Below are positions 13,939 to 26,293 of a stretch of DNA of 64,000 nt, piece by piece. The stretch's first letter is position 1. Every line of letters starts with the position of its first letter. The translations under genes were made by a program, and so were the position numbers. The notes beneath the pieces were generated by a model that did no database searches, had not been told where the DNA came from, and worked only from the letters and a program-made list of their open reading frames with translations. The stretch comes from Pristiophorus japonicus (taxonomy: Eukaryota): assembly GCF_044704955.1 (NCBI RefSeq), contig NC_091984.1, positions 147,188,001 through 147,252,000 of the forward strand. Direction: 5' to 3'.

Positions 13939-13956
13939 TGGCGACCACGAAGGGAC
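13939..13956 (+). promoter_or_regulatory. Primer-binding site complementary to tRNA-Arg(TCG) 3' end
   Basis: TGGCGACCACGAAGGGAC 3 nt after the LTR; matches the reverse complement of vertebrate tRNA-Arg(TCG) ...GTCCCTTCGTGGTCGCCA as I recall it. Confidence 0.85.
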
Positions 13957-14009
13957 TCTGGGGCAAGGGATGTAATAAGAGAGAGACTGGTTTCAGGAAA
14001 AAAAGCAAA

Positions 14010-15742
14010 ATGGAAGAGGGGATTTCCTCGCATGTGTTTAAGAGGGTAAATGTGGCTAAGGAGTGGGTACTCGATCTATTGTATGCTGAGCATCCAGAAG
14101 ATGCTGCAGCTCAATGGACCAAGAGCAAGGACCATAAAAGGTCGATAGAGAAGGTCATTTGGCTAATTTGCCTTCAGCAACAGATCCGGTTTCTCGATGA
14201 GGAGAATGAGAAATTAAAGGGAGTATTGAGACAGGCAGACGTGAGGTCCAATGCAAGGGCCACAGTCGGGGAAAGGCTGTGAACAGAGGTGGGGCAGTTA
14301 AAGGAAAGTAGAGACCTCACTAAAGAAAGGCACAAAACCCAACTGGACCTTTTACAGTGTCAGATTATTGAAGCCAAGAATAGCGAACTGGCGTTGCGAG
14401 AAGAGAATTCCTGCCTCACCAAGCAAGTTAAAGAGTACGGGGAGAGGGTGAGACACATTCAGGTAGCCTATAAGGTAGCCAGTACCAGGGAATTTGAGGC
14501 AGGAGACCACGGCCCCTGCCAGCAGCAGATCCAAAGCTTGAACCTTGCTCTATCCCGGCTAAAGGCATGGTGTGCCTGATAAACCCGGGTTTGGCCCAGG
14601 AACACCTGGTAATGCAAGCAACCCCTCAGTCACTGCCTGCAGCTCCCGGGAATGGCCCGGAGCAGCAGGGATGTCAGCCAGAGTGCGGGGCAGGCAATGA
14701 TTGCGAACTACCAACACCGGCGGTCCCGAGTTTTAACTCGGCTTGGCAGCAGGGGGAAGCGGGCGAGCCAATACAAGAAGGGCCGGAACCAGGGCCAATG
14801 CACCCGGTCCGGCAGCAGAGGTTTGGCCCGCCTGATGCCAATGGGGCAGCAGGACCCCTAGAAAACAGCTTCGTAGTCCCCCATGACCCCCAAAAACTAA
14901 GGGCTAAGATAGGCCACCTAAGTAAGCTCACCCAACAGGGGGATCCCTGGGTCACTTCCTGGAAGTGGAACACACGGGATATTAACGGGTGCGATGATTC
15001 GGAGCAGGCGAAGCTGTTGCTGTGCCATTCCCTCTCTGCAGACAGCAGAAAGGGGCGAAACACGTACGTTACGGTTAAGGCGGAGGTTCTAGAGGCCATG
15101 GGTATGAACGACAGGAGTCCTTTCTCCCGAGTGGAGAAAACAGTGCAGCTTTATGGGGAGACTCCACAGGCTTTCGCCGACAGGTTGTGGCCAGTCTACG
15201 AAAGGGCCTGTAGTGGGGTTCTTGACCGGGCCCACCTGACCCCTAACGAGCTGGCTCACTGGCTCTGCAGCCTGGTGGCAAACAGTTTACCTGGAGTAAA
15301 GGCAAAGGCCGAGGTCTGGTTCGATCCAAGAGATCCCAGAACCACCGAGGAGACAGTGGTCAGGCAGTTGACCCTGGCTTACCGGAATGGTGGAGGGACA
15401 GAGGAGCTCTCCTCTAAAGGGAAGGTCCATGACACTAAACCCAGCCAAGGCAAGAGAGAGTGGCATCAGGAAGATGGGAATCCTCCCCACAAAGGGGGCG
15501 AGTGTTTTGGGTGTGTGAAAAGTGGACACTGGAGGAAGGACTGTAGGAACCCCTGGAAAGAGACTAAGGGAAAGGCTGCTCCAGCCCCAGCCCGTAAGGC
15601 CGGGGCAGGAATACCCGACTCATATGAGACATGTGTAGCTGTCCTACAGACACTCATAAACGGACAGGGAGCAGTAGCTATCGCAACCGGTGCAGTAACC
15701 GGTACGGTAAAACCCTCTGCTCCAACCCACCCAGATGCATGA
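14010..15742 (+). pseudogene. gag: gag of retrovirus-like element (coiled-coil N-terminus, capsid-like region, CCHC zinc knuckle), disrupted
   Basis: ORF pieces 13806-14282, 14289-14579, 14567-15742; CFGCVKSGHWRKDC knuckle. Confidence 0.8.
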
Positions 15743-16263
15743 CTAAAGCCAGCGCAGCCTGTGTACATGTGTTCCCTAGAGTACGATGCCTGGAAGAGAC
15801 CGTGTATTAAGATGGAGGTGGAGAAAGTGAAAGGGACCTACCTGCTCGATACTGGTGCTTCCAGCACCCTTGTATATGCAGATAACCCAGCTACCTCACC
15901 TCTATCAAACGGGGTCCCGTACAGTCTCGTAGGGTCCACAGGCAATGAGCAAACTGGTTGGTTTTCCATCCCGCTCACCATTTAGTTAGGGACACTCAAA
16001 ACCAAATGGAAGTGTGTCCTGATGAAATGGGAGCAGAAGGGAAAAGGGATCCTGGGAGCTGATTTTATCATTAGCCATAAATGTAGGAAAGGAGTTTTTC
16101 CTGGAGGTGGCAGCCAGCAGGGACAGTTTGCGCTCAGTGCTGCTTCAAGAGCGGCACGGCCAGCTAAGACCGGTGGTTTACTCCTCCAGGATCCTCACAG
16201 ATGTGGAGAACGTGTACTCCAACTGTGAGAGACACCACCTAGCCACACATTTGGAAGTGAAAA
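15743..16263 (+). pseudogene. pol: Protease joined directly to the first half of a degenerate RNase H (tether); RT core absent
   Basis: YLLDTGASST and GILGADFI protease motifs end ~16080, followed immediately by FFLEVAAS..SVLLQERHGQLRPVVYSSRILTDVE..YSNCERH. Confidence 0.75.
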
Positions 16264-19200
16264 TGTCATGTTTGTAACCTCACATAACTGTAACCTTTAT
16301 GTAACAACATTCTACACTTTATACACCTGAGAAATGCACACCTTGACCACAGGGGGTGAACTTGTGGGAGACACTCCTCACCTGGTCATCCAGGTATATA
16401 AAGGGAGGTCCCACACAGGGTCATCACTTCCTGGTCCTGTGAATAAAGGTACAGGTCACAGAGTGACCTTGTCTCCAGTATGTGCCTCGTGTTGATTTGC
16501 TGTAGTATGTAAGGACACAACATTTGGCGACGAGAAACGGGAATCAACGACTCAAGAGAATGGCCACCGGCAGCACGGAGGAACGGTGCTGTGTTGGTGA
16601 GGACTGGGATGATTTTGTTGAGAGGCTCCAGCAGAGCTTTGTCGCGAAGGACTGGCTGGGAGCGGCAGCGGCTGACAAGCGAAGGGCACATCTACTGACC
16701 AGCTGTGGACCTAAGACGTACATGCTGATGAAAGACCTGCTCACCCCCGAGAAGCCGGCGGACAAGACCTTCGAGGAGCTCAGTAAACTGATCGGTGAGC
16801 ACCTCAAACCGGCGAGTAGTATACACATGGCCCGACACCGATTCGATATGCACCGATGTTGGGAAGGGCAGAGCATACCGGACTTCGTTGCGGACCTTCG
16901 GCGCTTGGCCAGCCTCTGTAAGTTCACAGAGGGGGGAGATGTTACGGAATTTCTTCATTGAGGGCATTGGTCATGCCGCGACTTTTAGGAAGCTAATTGA
17001 GACCAAGGACTTGACCTTGGAAGCGCTGGCGTTGATGGCTCAAACCATCATGGTGGGGGAGGAGCCAAGATCATATACACGCGCAACTCTGCTCCCAACG
17101 TGGCGATGGAGCAGGGAGTAAACGCGACTCAGGACCCCACAGGAAGGCAAGGGCAATTCAACACCAACCAGGCAGTAAACAGACTCTAGGGTGGGTCCGC
17201 AATAGAGCCAATGGCAGGTTGAACGGACATTTACACCATCACAAGCGACATTACGTCCCGGGATGGGACCACTGACACCGACAAACAGATTGCTCAAGAG
17301 TAATCAAAGAGACAATCAGAGTGGAATGCCTGGTAACAGCTCTTTTGTTCACAACAATCTCAGCTCAAGCTGGAGGTGCGCAGGCAGACATGCTGCGAAG
17401 ACCTGCAGGTTTCAGCAATTTACCTACAGAAATTGAAACTTGAGTGGACATTTAGCCAGGATGTGCAGGAAGCCCGCAGCGAGGCTGGTTTACGAAGTGG
17501 ATGAACCACAGAGGGGTCTGCAAGGCAGGGGTATACCTGGGACACAGCAATGGACGCTGAAGGTCAGCGGGTCCAGGTGGCAAACATCCACAGCTCATAC
17601 ACAAAAACGCCCCCTATGATGATGAGGGTACTGTTAAACAGCATCCCGGTACGCATGCAGCTGGACACAGGGGCCAGCCAATCACTTATGAGTGTCCAAC
17701 AATTCGAGAAACTGTAGCCAGTCAGAGCTAGCAGACCCAAACTAAAATGCATTGACACACAATTACGGACATACACCAAAGAGATCATCCCAGTGCTAGG
17801 CAGTGCAATGTTGGTGGTCACACATAATGGATCTCAGAACCGGCTGCCACTCTGGATTGTCCCAGGAAATGAAATGGTCCCGCGCTTTTGGGGAGGAGCT
17901 GGCTAGCCGAGATGAACTGGAAATGGGGGGGATGTGCATGCCATTTCATCTGTGGAGCGAAGTTCATGCTCACAGGTCCTACAAAAGTTCGAGTCATTAT
18001 TTCAACCTGGAGTCGGGACTTTCACAGGCACCAAAGTAGTGATACGCATCACCCCAGACCAGTGCACCACAAAGCCAGAGCTGTGCCATATGTGATGCGG
18101 GAGAAAATTGAGAGTGAGTTGGACAGGTTTCTAAGAGACGGCATGATTTCGCCTGTTGAATTCAGTGACTGGGCAAGCCCCATCGTCCCTGTTCTAAAAA
18201 ACGGTTGGCTCGGTCAGGATCTGTGCCGACTACAAGGCCACCATCAACCGAATGTCCCTTCAGGACCAATACCGCTTCCGAGAGCGGAGGATCTTTTTGC
18301 CACGCTGGCAGGCGGCAAGCTGTTCACCAAATTGGACCTCACTTCGGCCTACATGACCCAGGAACTGGCTGAAGAATCCAAGCTACTGACCACCATCACC
18401 ATGCACAAGGGGCTGTTTGTCTACAATAGGTGTCCATTTGGCATTCGTTCAGCAGCCGCTATCTTTCAAAGGAACATGGAAAGCCTGCTCAAATCCATCC
18501 CTGGAACAATTGTATTTCAGAACGACATCCTTATCACGGGTCGAGACACCGAGGAACACCTCCACAACCTGGAGGAGTAGCTATGCTGACTGGACCGCGT
18601 AGGCCTGCGACTAAAGAAGTCCAAGTGTGTGTTTTTTGCCCCAGAGATCGAGTTTTTGGGCAGGTGCGTTGCCGCAGACGGGATCTGGCCCACCGATTCC
18701 AAAATGGAGGCGATCCGTCGCGCGCCCAGGCCCGGCAACACATCAGAGTTGCGTTCATTTCTGGGACTATTGAACGATTTCGGGAACTTTCTACTGAACT
18801 TAAGTACATTGCTGGAGCCGCTACACGTGCTCCTGCGTTAGGGTTGCGATTGGTTTTGGGGGGACTGTCAGGAACGGGCTTTCAATCGGGCGTGGAACCT
18901 GCTTTGTTCCAATAAGTTATTGACCCTGTACGATCCCTGTAAGAAATTGTTTTTGACACGCGATGCATTATCCTATGGGTTTGGGTATGTGTTGCATAGA
19001 GGAATGATGAGGGCTGACTCCAACCTGTGGCTTATGCCTCCAGGTTGCTCTCCCAAGCAGAAAGGGCGTATGGGATGGTTGAAAAGGAAGCATTCACATG
19101 TGTCTACGGGGTGAAAAAGATGCACCAGTACCGTTTTAGAAGAAGGTTCGAGTTAGAAATGGACCACAAGCCGTTAACATCCCTGTTGTCTGACAGCAAA

Positions 19201-21018
19201 GCTGTCAATGCCAATGCGTCTGCTCGCATATGGCAATGGGCTCTCACGCTGGCTGCATATGACTACACCATACGGCACCGGCCAGGCACCAAAAATTGCA
19301 CTGAGGCGCTCAGCAGGCTTCCACTGGCCACCACTGAGGGGGCAGCGGGGCAAAGCGCAGAGATAGTCATGGCTGTCGATGCCTTTGACAACGCAGGCTC
19401 CCCCATCACAGCCCACCAGATCAAAACCTGGATGAACATAGATCCCCTCCTATCTCTGATTAAGAAGTGTGTCCTGACTGGGGATTGGGCGCTCGCACAC
19501 GGAGCATGCCCTGAAGAGGTCAAACCATTTTACAGACGGATGGATGAACTCTCCATCCAAGCTGACTGCCTACTATGGGGCAGCCGGGTAGTCATGCCCC
19601 AGAGGGGTTGGGAAGCATTCATCAGGGAACTCCACAGCAAGCACCCAGGCATCGTGCTCATGAAGGCCATTGCCCGGTCACATGTATGGTAGCTGGGAAT
19701 TGATGCAGACCTGGAACACTGTGTTCGCAGGTGCACGACGTGTGCCCAGCTGGGCAATGCCCCCAGGGAGGCCCCATTCAGCCCGTGGCCCTGGCCCACC
19801 AAGCCATGGTCACGTATTCACGGAGATTACGCTGGCCCGTTCATGGGAAAAATGTTACTCATTGTTGTTGATGCGTACTGGAAATGGATTGAGTGCATCA
19901 TATTGAATTTGTGCACAACATCCGCCACAGTGGAGAGTCTGCATGTGGTCTTTGCAATCCACGACTTGCCGAACATCCTAGTTAGCGACAACGGCCCGTG
20001 TTTCACTAGCTAAGAATTCCGGGAGCTCATGTCGGGTAATGGCATCAAACATGTCAGGACAGCGCCGTTCAAGCCGGCTTCCAATGGCCAGGCGGAACGT
20101 GCAGTCCAAATCATAAAGCAAGGCATGTTCCGGATTCAAGGACCCTCCCTTCAATACCATCTACAGGTCGGGACCCGCTGGCCTACAGGTCCCGACTGCA
20201 CTCGCTCACGGGAGTCCCGCCAGCAGAACTACTAATGAAACCCACACTAAAAACTCGGCTATCCCTCATTCATCCAGTCTTGTCAGACATTGTTGAGGGC
20301 AAGCGCCAGTCCCAAAATGAGTGCCATGACCGTAAATCAAAGGGGAGATGGATAGAAATTGGTGACCCTGCATTCATTCCTAATCACGCTGTGGGGCCCA
20401 AGTGGCTCGAGTTTACTATAATTGGTAAAGAGGGGAATAGGGCCATAGTGGTCAGACGCAACAATGGGCAGATATGCCGCAAGCATCTGGACCAAGTAAA
20501 AAAAAAGTTCAGCATGGACACTGAGGAACCTGAGGAAAATCATGAGATGCTGCCCACACCACTGCCAGTGAACGAGCAACAGGAACCGTCAGCAGCATGC
20601 ACAGTCCCTGCGGTCAGCCCAGACAAGCCGGAATCACCACAGGCGACAAAGACGGATGCCAAGGCTCAACAACCAGAGCCCCAACTGCGGCGCTCCACGA
20701 GAGAGCGTCGACCGCCTGAAAGACTCAATCTTTGACCCAAAGACGCTGGAGGGAGGTGATGTCATGTTTGTAACCTTCACATAACTGTAACCTGTATGTA
20801 TCAACACTGCATACTGAATACACCTGAGAAATGCACACCTTGACCACAGGGCTGAACTTGTGGGAGACACTCCTCATCTGGTCATCCAGGTATATAAAGG
20901 GAGGTTCCACGCAGGGTCATCACTTCTTAGTCCTGTGAATAAAGGTACAGGCCACAGAGTGACCTTGTCTCCAGTATGTGCCTCGTGTTGATTTGCTGTA
21001 GTGTGTAAGGACACAACA
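16264..21018 (+). mobile_element. Ty3/gypsy LTR retrotransposon B (Mag-like), nested in the retrovirus-like pol
   Basis: 259-bp LTRs 16264-16522 and 20760-21018, TSD GAAAA (16259-16263, 21019-21023), PBS TGGCGACGAG (tRNA-Ser type) at 16525, degenerate gag-PR-RT-RH-IN. Confidence 0.95.
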
Positions 21019-21023
21019 GAAAA

Positions 21024-23120
21024 GATCCTTGATCTTCACGGGAAGGTCTCCTCTAACATGCCTAACGCACCACACACCTACTCAGATGCTCCTAGATGGG
21101 AGGATTAAGGACGGGATAGTGAGCAGCCAACATAGTCTACCCAGGGAAAGCCCACAGGTGCTCCATAGAAGGGGTATGGGAGGTGAACATTGGCCATCGG
21201 GCTGGGTTACACCCGACAGGCCGGGACATCTACGTGGACGGGTCCAGCACGGTATCTGCTGGCGAGCGACTCACAGGGTGCGGAGTCTATGACCCAAGGG
21301 CAGGTATTGCCGTGGCAATCAAGCTCCCCAGCACCATGAGCGCCCAGCTGCTGAACTGTCTGCCATAATGTACGTGGTGACCCATCCCGAGGAATTCCCT
21401 ACCCCGTACACGATTTGCTCGGACAGTATGTTCACCTGCAATTCGTGTACGGAGTACCTGGCTATCTGGCCCATTGCGGATACACGTCCGCTGATGGGAG
21501 ACCCCTGGCAATCAAGACCCTGCTGGAGAAAATCATGACAGTACTGGGGGAAGAGGGAAAGACCCATTCAAAATCCGATCCACCTGCAGAGGGAAACCAA
21601 CAGGCTGAGAAACTGGCCAAAGAAGGTACCCACACGGGAAAGTTCTGGGACGCCTATGTCACCGGCCGCATAGCAGCGGTGAGTACAGGGATAGCTTTGG
21701 TCCCGGACTTAAAATCAGTTCAGGCACAGGACGCGGTCTGAAAGCTGTCCTGAATGCGCTAGCTAGAGGAGAGAGTAGAAGGTCCGTACGGCACAGCAGC
21801 CATTACCGTTAAGGAAGGCATGCTGTTTAAAGAGGGACAATGGGTCGTGCTGCAGCAGCACCAGAGGGAATTCCTAAAACTGGCCCATGAGGGTCCAGGA
21901 GCGGGACACCCCGGGCCTGAGACCACCTGGCAACGGGTGGAACAGGCAGGATGGTGGCCGGGACTCAGGGAGGACGTCCGCAAGTTCTGTGCGAACTGCC
22001 TGGTGTGTGCTGCGAACAACCCTGACCCCCAGAAAAGGAAGGTGTCCCTAGGACACGTCAGGAGGGTAGAGGGACCAAGGCAGTCACATCGGGACTACAC
22101 TGAGCCCCTAACCCACCGCCCAGGGAGGCTACTAATACTGCCTAATCCTGGTGGACGTGTTCTCAAAATGGGTTGAAGCCTTCCCCTGCTGAACAGCCAC
22201 CGCACTAGAGACAGCTAAGATTCTAGTGAGGAAAGTGTTCTCCCAGTGGGGACTCCCACAGTATGTGGAGTCGGACCAGAGGAGTTATTTCACCGCGCAG
22301 GTAATGCAGGCAACCCTTAAGGTGCTCGGCATTGAGGGGAAATGGCACGCTGCCCACAATCCACAGTCATCCAGTATTGTGGAGCATTTAAACCGCACCA
22401 TTAAAGAAAGGAGACGGGAGACTCACCCCAAAAGTGGATAGAGGTCTTACCGTTGGAACTTATGGGGATCCGAGCCAGCCAGTCAAAGAGCACGGGGTAT
22501 TCCCCATACGAGCTCATGACTGGCCGGATCATGCAGACCCCCACCCATGTCCTAGCCCCTCACAGAAGGTCAGCTCAGAGAGGTTTGTCAGGAACCTGTT
22601 TGAACACCTCAAACAGATTCACTGGCAGGCTGCTAGTAACATGGGCAGACAGCATCGGAGTAACCGATTGCTGCTAGAACCCAGCAAACACCACGAATGG
22701 GAGAAAGGGGACCAGGTCATGGTGAGGAACTATGCTCGGGAAGGGGTTTTTGAAGCATTATATATGGGGCCATACAGCATTGTCGACAAGGCAAGCCCGA
22801 TGGTCTATGCCATAAAGCTGCCCCACCGTACTAAGTGGTTCCACATCAACCAGTGCAAGCTTTACAACCCAGGGTCAGCCAAGTACAGAGGGCAGCCGGG
22901 AGGGGTGAACCATCCTCAGGATGGGGACCCTCCCCGACGGCGGAAGGCCCACAGAAAATGTGGCAAGCTCAGAAACCGTGCCTATAGGGGCGGTGAATTG
23001 CACTACTGGGGGGGCTGTCCCATCCATCGTTTGGGATTCGGATGCACTCCCAGTAACCCAAGCCCTGAGAAGGACCCTCCGTACACCACGGCCAAAGATA
23101 CCATGGTGTACGGCATCTGA
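21024..23120 (+). pseudogene. pol: Rest of pol: tether end, RNase H and integrase, frameshifted
   Basis: IFTGRSPL..THHTPTQMLLDGRIKDG; DIYVDGSS..SAQ.AEL..ICSDS..HSK..GNQQAEKLAK; AHEGPGAGHPG..WWPGL..CANCLVC; WGLPQYVESDQ; GYSPYELMTGR; GPY module. Confidence 0.85.
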
Positions 23121-23709
23121 GCCTCAGCGATTCTACCCTAGGAGAAGGGTAGCCCGACAGGGAAGGCCAAAGGTCAGAAGTACAGAGGCCGCTCAGAGTA
23201 GGGACCCCCAGCCAGCCGCCTCCAGAGATGAGGGTCTCACAGGAGCAGTATCAACAAGCTGTCCCAGAGACGGGGTCTCCAGCTCACCGGCTGCGGGGAA
23301 ACCTTAGCATCCAGGCGGCTATCAGGCCGCACAAGGCATGGACCTGACAGGGATTAACCAGGCCACCCGGAGACCAATTGATGTTGTTTAAGTTTAATCT
23401 ATGTTCTTCCTTCTGTAATGTGGTTGTACGTTGCCTACATGCTGGTGAATATAATGTAATTGAAATGAAATGTAACTGTGCTGAAATGCAATTGTAGTGA
23501 TGGAACCCCCTCCAAGCTGGGAGGGTGTAAATGTAAAAAGTTTGTACCTGTAAAGGGAAAAGTGTGTATCTATGGTGATGTTGCATAAGTGTAATGCATA
23601 TTTTGGGAACAGCTTAGTTAATCTACGTGGAAGGTTGTCTCTTGGGAGTCAGGAACTTTGCTCACCTAGAAGATGGTATCATAAGTGGAATGGTATCACA
23701 GCGGGGGAG

Positions 23710-25328
23710 TGTAGAATTTACCAATATTTCACAAAGATTCCTTGTACCTTTCCCCTGCAGAGGAGAAGAATCCCTTTCTGGACTTTTAAAATGGAAGGAA
23801 AAACCTCGGGACACAAATGAGTTTAAAGGGCAGATGAGGCCTGTAGGGGATAAAAGGGGGTACATTCATGCAGACCCCCCCCACCCCCCACCCCCCCCAG
23901 TGTTTGGACTCATAGGAAAGGGAATTTAATTTGGAACTCGATGAACATTTTGGTATTCTCGGAAAAACTCTGAGGAAGATACCTAAGAGCTTTACAAGTT
24001 TAAGATCTCTAAAGAAGCATGTTGGAAGAGACTGCCAGAACAGAGGGTGGGACTTCACTCAGGAACTGGGTCTTCAATTTGTCTGGGAGAATGAGTCGAT
24101 CGACAACTAACAAGAACTGTGAGACATAAAAATTCGCTCCCTAGTGAGAATAAACGTATCAAGAGCTATCAGGCTAATCACCGGAGACCATTAGTGGCAT
24201 GCATGTGCAAATAGACCGATAGAATTCACGGGCCCAGCCCAACGGTTCAAGAGTTTAAACACTGCTCCAACAATGCCAACCGGTGATTTTCCACATTATC
24301 ACATCATAATCAAATTACTGCTGAACAAGCCCGACAAATTCTGACAAAGAAGAGAGCTTAAAACTAATGAGCAGCCCCCTTGAAACAAAGAGCTGGGCCA
24401 GATTTGGTGGGAGATAAGGAAGCCTTTTTGGGGTATATCTATTCCCAGTTTTACAAGGAAAAGAACACAAGCAGCAGGAGGTGGGGAGTGAAGAAATGGA
24501 GTAGTGGAGAAAACTACAAGAAATCATCAAGGACCGACCGAGCACGCTGACAGCAAGAGGCCCACGAAACGGAAGGTTGTCAGCAACCAAATTGACAACC
24601 CGGGCCACCACAACCAGTGAAACGACCAACTGCAACCAACTCAGCAAAAACCAAAGAATCAACATTTATTTCCACTCTACAATCTACTTCTGAATAACCA
24701 ACGGGTGAGAAATTACTTAAAAGGACTAATTAAAACTATTCCAAACCAAAGAAAGTGGGTACTTACCCCATACATCCAAAACGCAACTTACCGCATCAAT
24801 GGAACCACCCCAACTGAAGACTACACAGTCCGAAGTCCTCTCCTCTGTCCGGGGTGCGGCTCGCCTAGAAGGCCAAGTACAGCGAACCCCAAAACCGCGA
24901 TTCACCGGCAACTGTAAAAAGGATTGGTGAGCATAGCCCCTGAACCCCCAGAGCGATAACTTCGTTAGTTAGGCGAATTGGGAGGGGGGAGGCTGGGATA
25001 ACTTGTGTAAATGTATCTGCATTCTCCTCTTTACCCCATGTATTCTTTTCCCCAAAGGCCGTATGTTGACAATTTATTCAATATGTTGTACCCCTCAGGG
25101 TGTATTGGTATTACTATTCTGTGTGTGTTATTAAAGGTGTGTCCTTTTACTTCCTTTAAGACACAATAAAGCCATACCTGCTTCCGACCTTGAAAGCGAT
25201 TGTCTGTCCAAGTCTGCCACAGTCCCTTCATAATTCCAGAGTCGAGAACCAAGGGTGTGGGAGCGGTTCGAAACTGCTCATATAAGGTCAGAAGGGAAAG
25301 CTGACCCCCCCAAAAACCACTCCTTACA
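23710..25328 (+). repeat. 3' LTR (1619 bp) of retrovirus-like element
   Basis: Preceded by PPT; colinear with 12325-13935 with scattered substitutions and indels. Confidence 0.93.
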
Positions 25329-25789
25329 TAATACTCAATGTATCAAGACAGGAACATTGTAAACATTGATTGTGACATCATGCACTCACAACCTCCCCAT
25401 AGTATGCACAATGTGAGCACCAGACCCGAGGACAGAACCCAAGGAGATGTACCCAGCACCAATCCAGGACAATGATCAATGTAAAGCCAAAGTTGAATGT
25501 TATCAGGGCTGCTTTGCCGATGATTGCCCTGTGATCGCGGGCACCAGCAGCACACACACCTCTTGTGGGTACAGTCGTGTTGTGGTTATGTTGCTGCAGA
25601 GCACTCCACAGGCCTGCACTAACAATCCCCACAATCTCACCATGGCCCTTTGACTATTTCAATTCAGCTCTTTTTTAAATTCTGGAAATAAAAAGCTGGT
25701 CTCAGTAAAAGTGACCACAAAGCTGTCAAATTGTCACAAAAGCACAATTGGTTCAGTGACGTCCTTTAGGGAAGGAAACCTGCCGTCCT

Positions 25790-26293
25790 TGCCACATAAA
25801 AGGTTACTGCCCAAGATAAGAGCTCACGGGGTTGTGGGTAATATATTAACAAGGATAGAGGATTGGTTAACTAACAGCAAACAGAGAGTCGGGATAAATG
25901 GGTCATTTTCAGATCGACAAACTGTAACTAGTGGGGTGCCGTAGGTATCAGTGCTGGGGCCTCAACTATTTACAATCTATATTAATGACTTGGATGAAGG
26001 GAGCGACTGCAATGCAACCAAATTTGCTGATGTACAAAGATAGATGGGAAAGCAAGTTGTGAGGAGGATGCAAAGATTCTGCAAATGGATATCGAGAGGC
26101 GGAGATAGGGGTCAAAGATTTAGCAGATGGAATATAATTTAGGAAAATGTGAGGTTATCCACTTTGGTAGGAAAAATAAAAATTATTTAAATGGGGAGAG
26201 ATTACAAAATGCTGTGGTACAGTTCATTGATATCTTCCTGCAGTCTACAGCTTTCTTCTTCATCATCAACCACATAGCCGTAATATGTTGTAT
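25790..26293. mobile_element. CR1 fragments (+ strand 25790-26222; - strand 26223-26293)
   Basis: PHKRLL..WLTNSKQRVGING and MEYNLGKCEVIHFG; 26223-26293 resembles the minus-strand CR1 at 44820-44890. Confidence 0.8.

Larger units (their letters stand above)
12325..25328 (+). mobile_element. Retrovirus-like LTR element with long LTRs (lokiretrovirus/dual-RNase-H type), RT-deleted, env-less, with gypsy B nested inside
   Basis: Paired ~1.6-kb LTRs TGTAG...TTACA, 18-nt PBS, PPT GCGGGGGAG (23701-23709), gag with CCHC knuckle, protease, tether, YVDGS-type RNase H, integrase. Flanks AATACT|TG and CA|T-AATACT give an imperfect TSD. Confidence 0.85.

Noticed and set aside
25329-25660. Unique-looking sequence after the 3' LTR as a host exon
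   Set aside because: Only short ORFs, no convincing splice sites or recognisable similarity.
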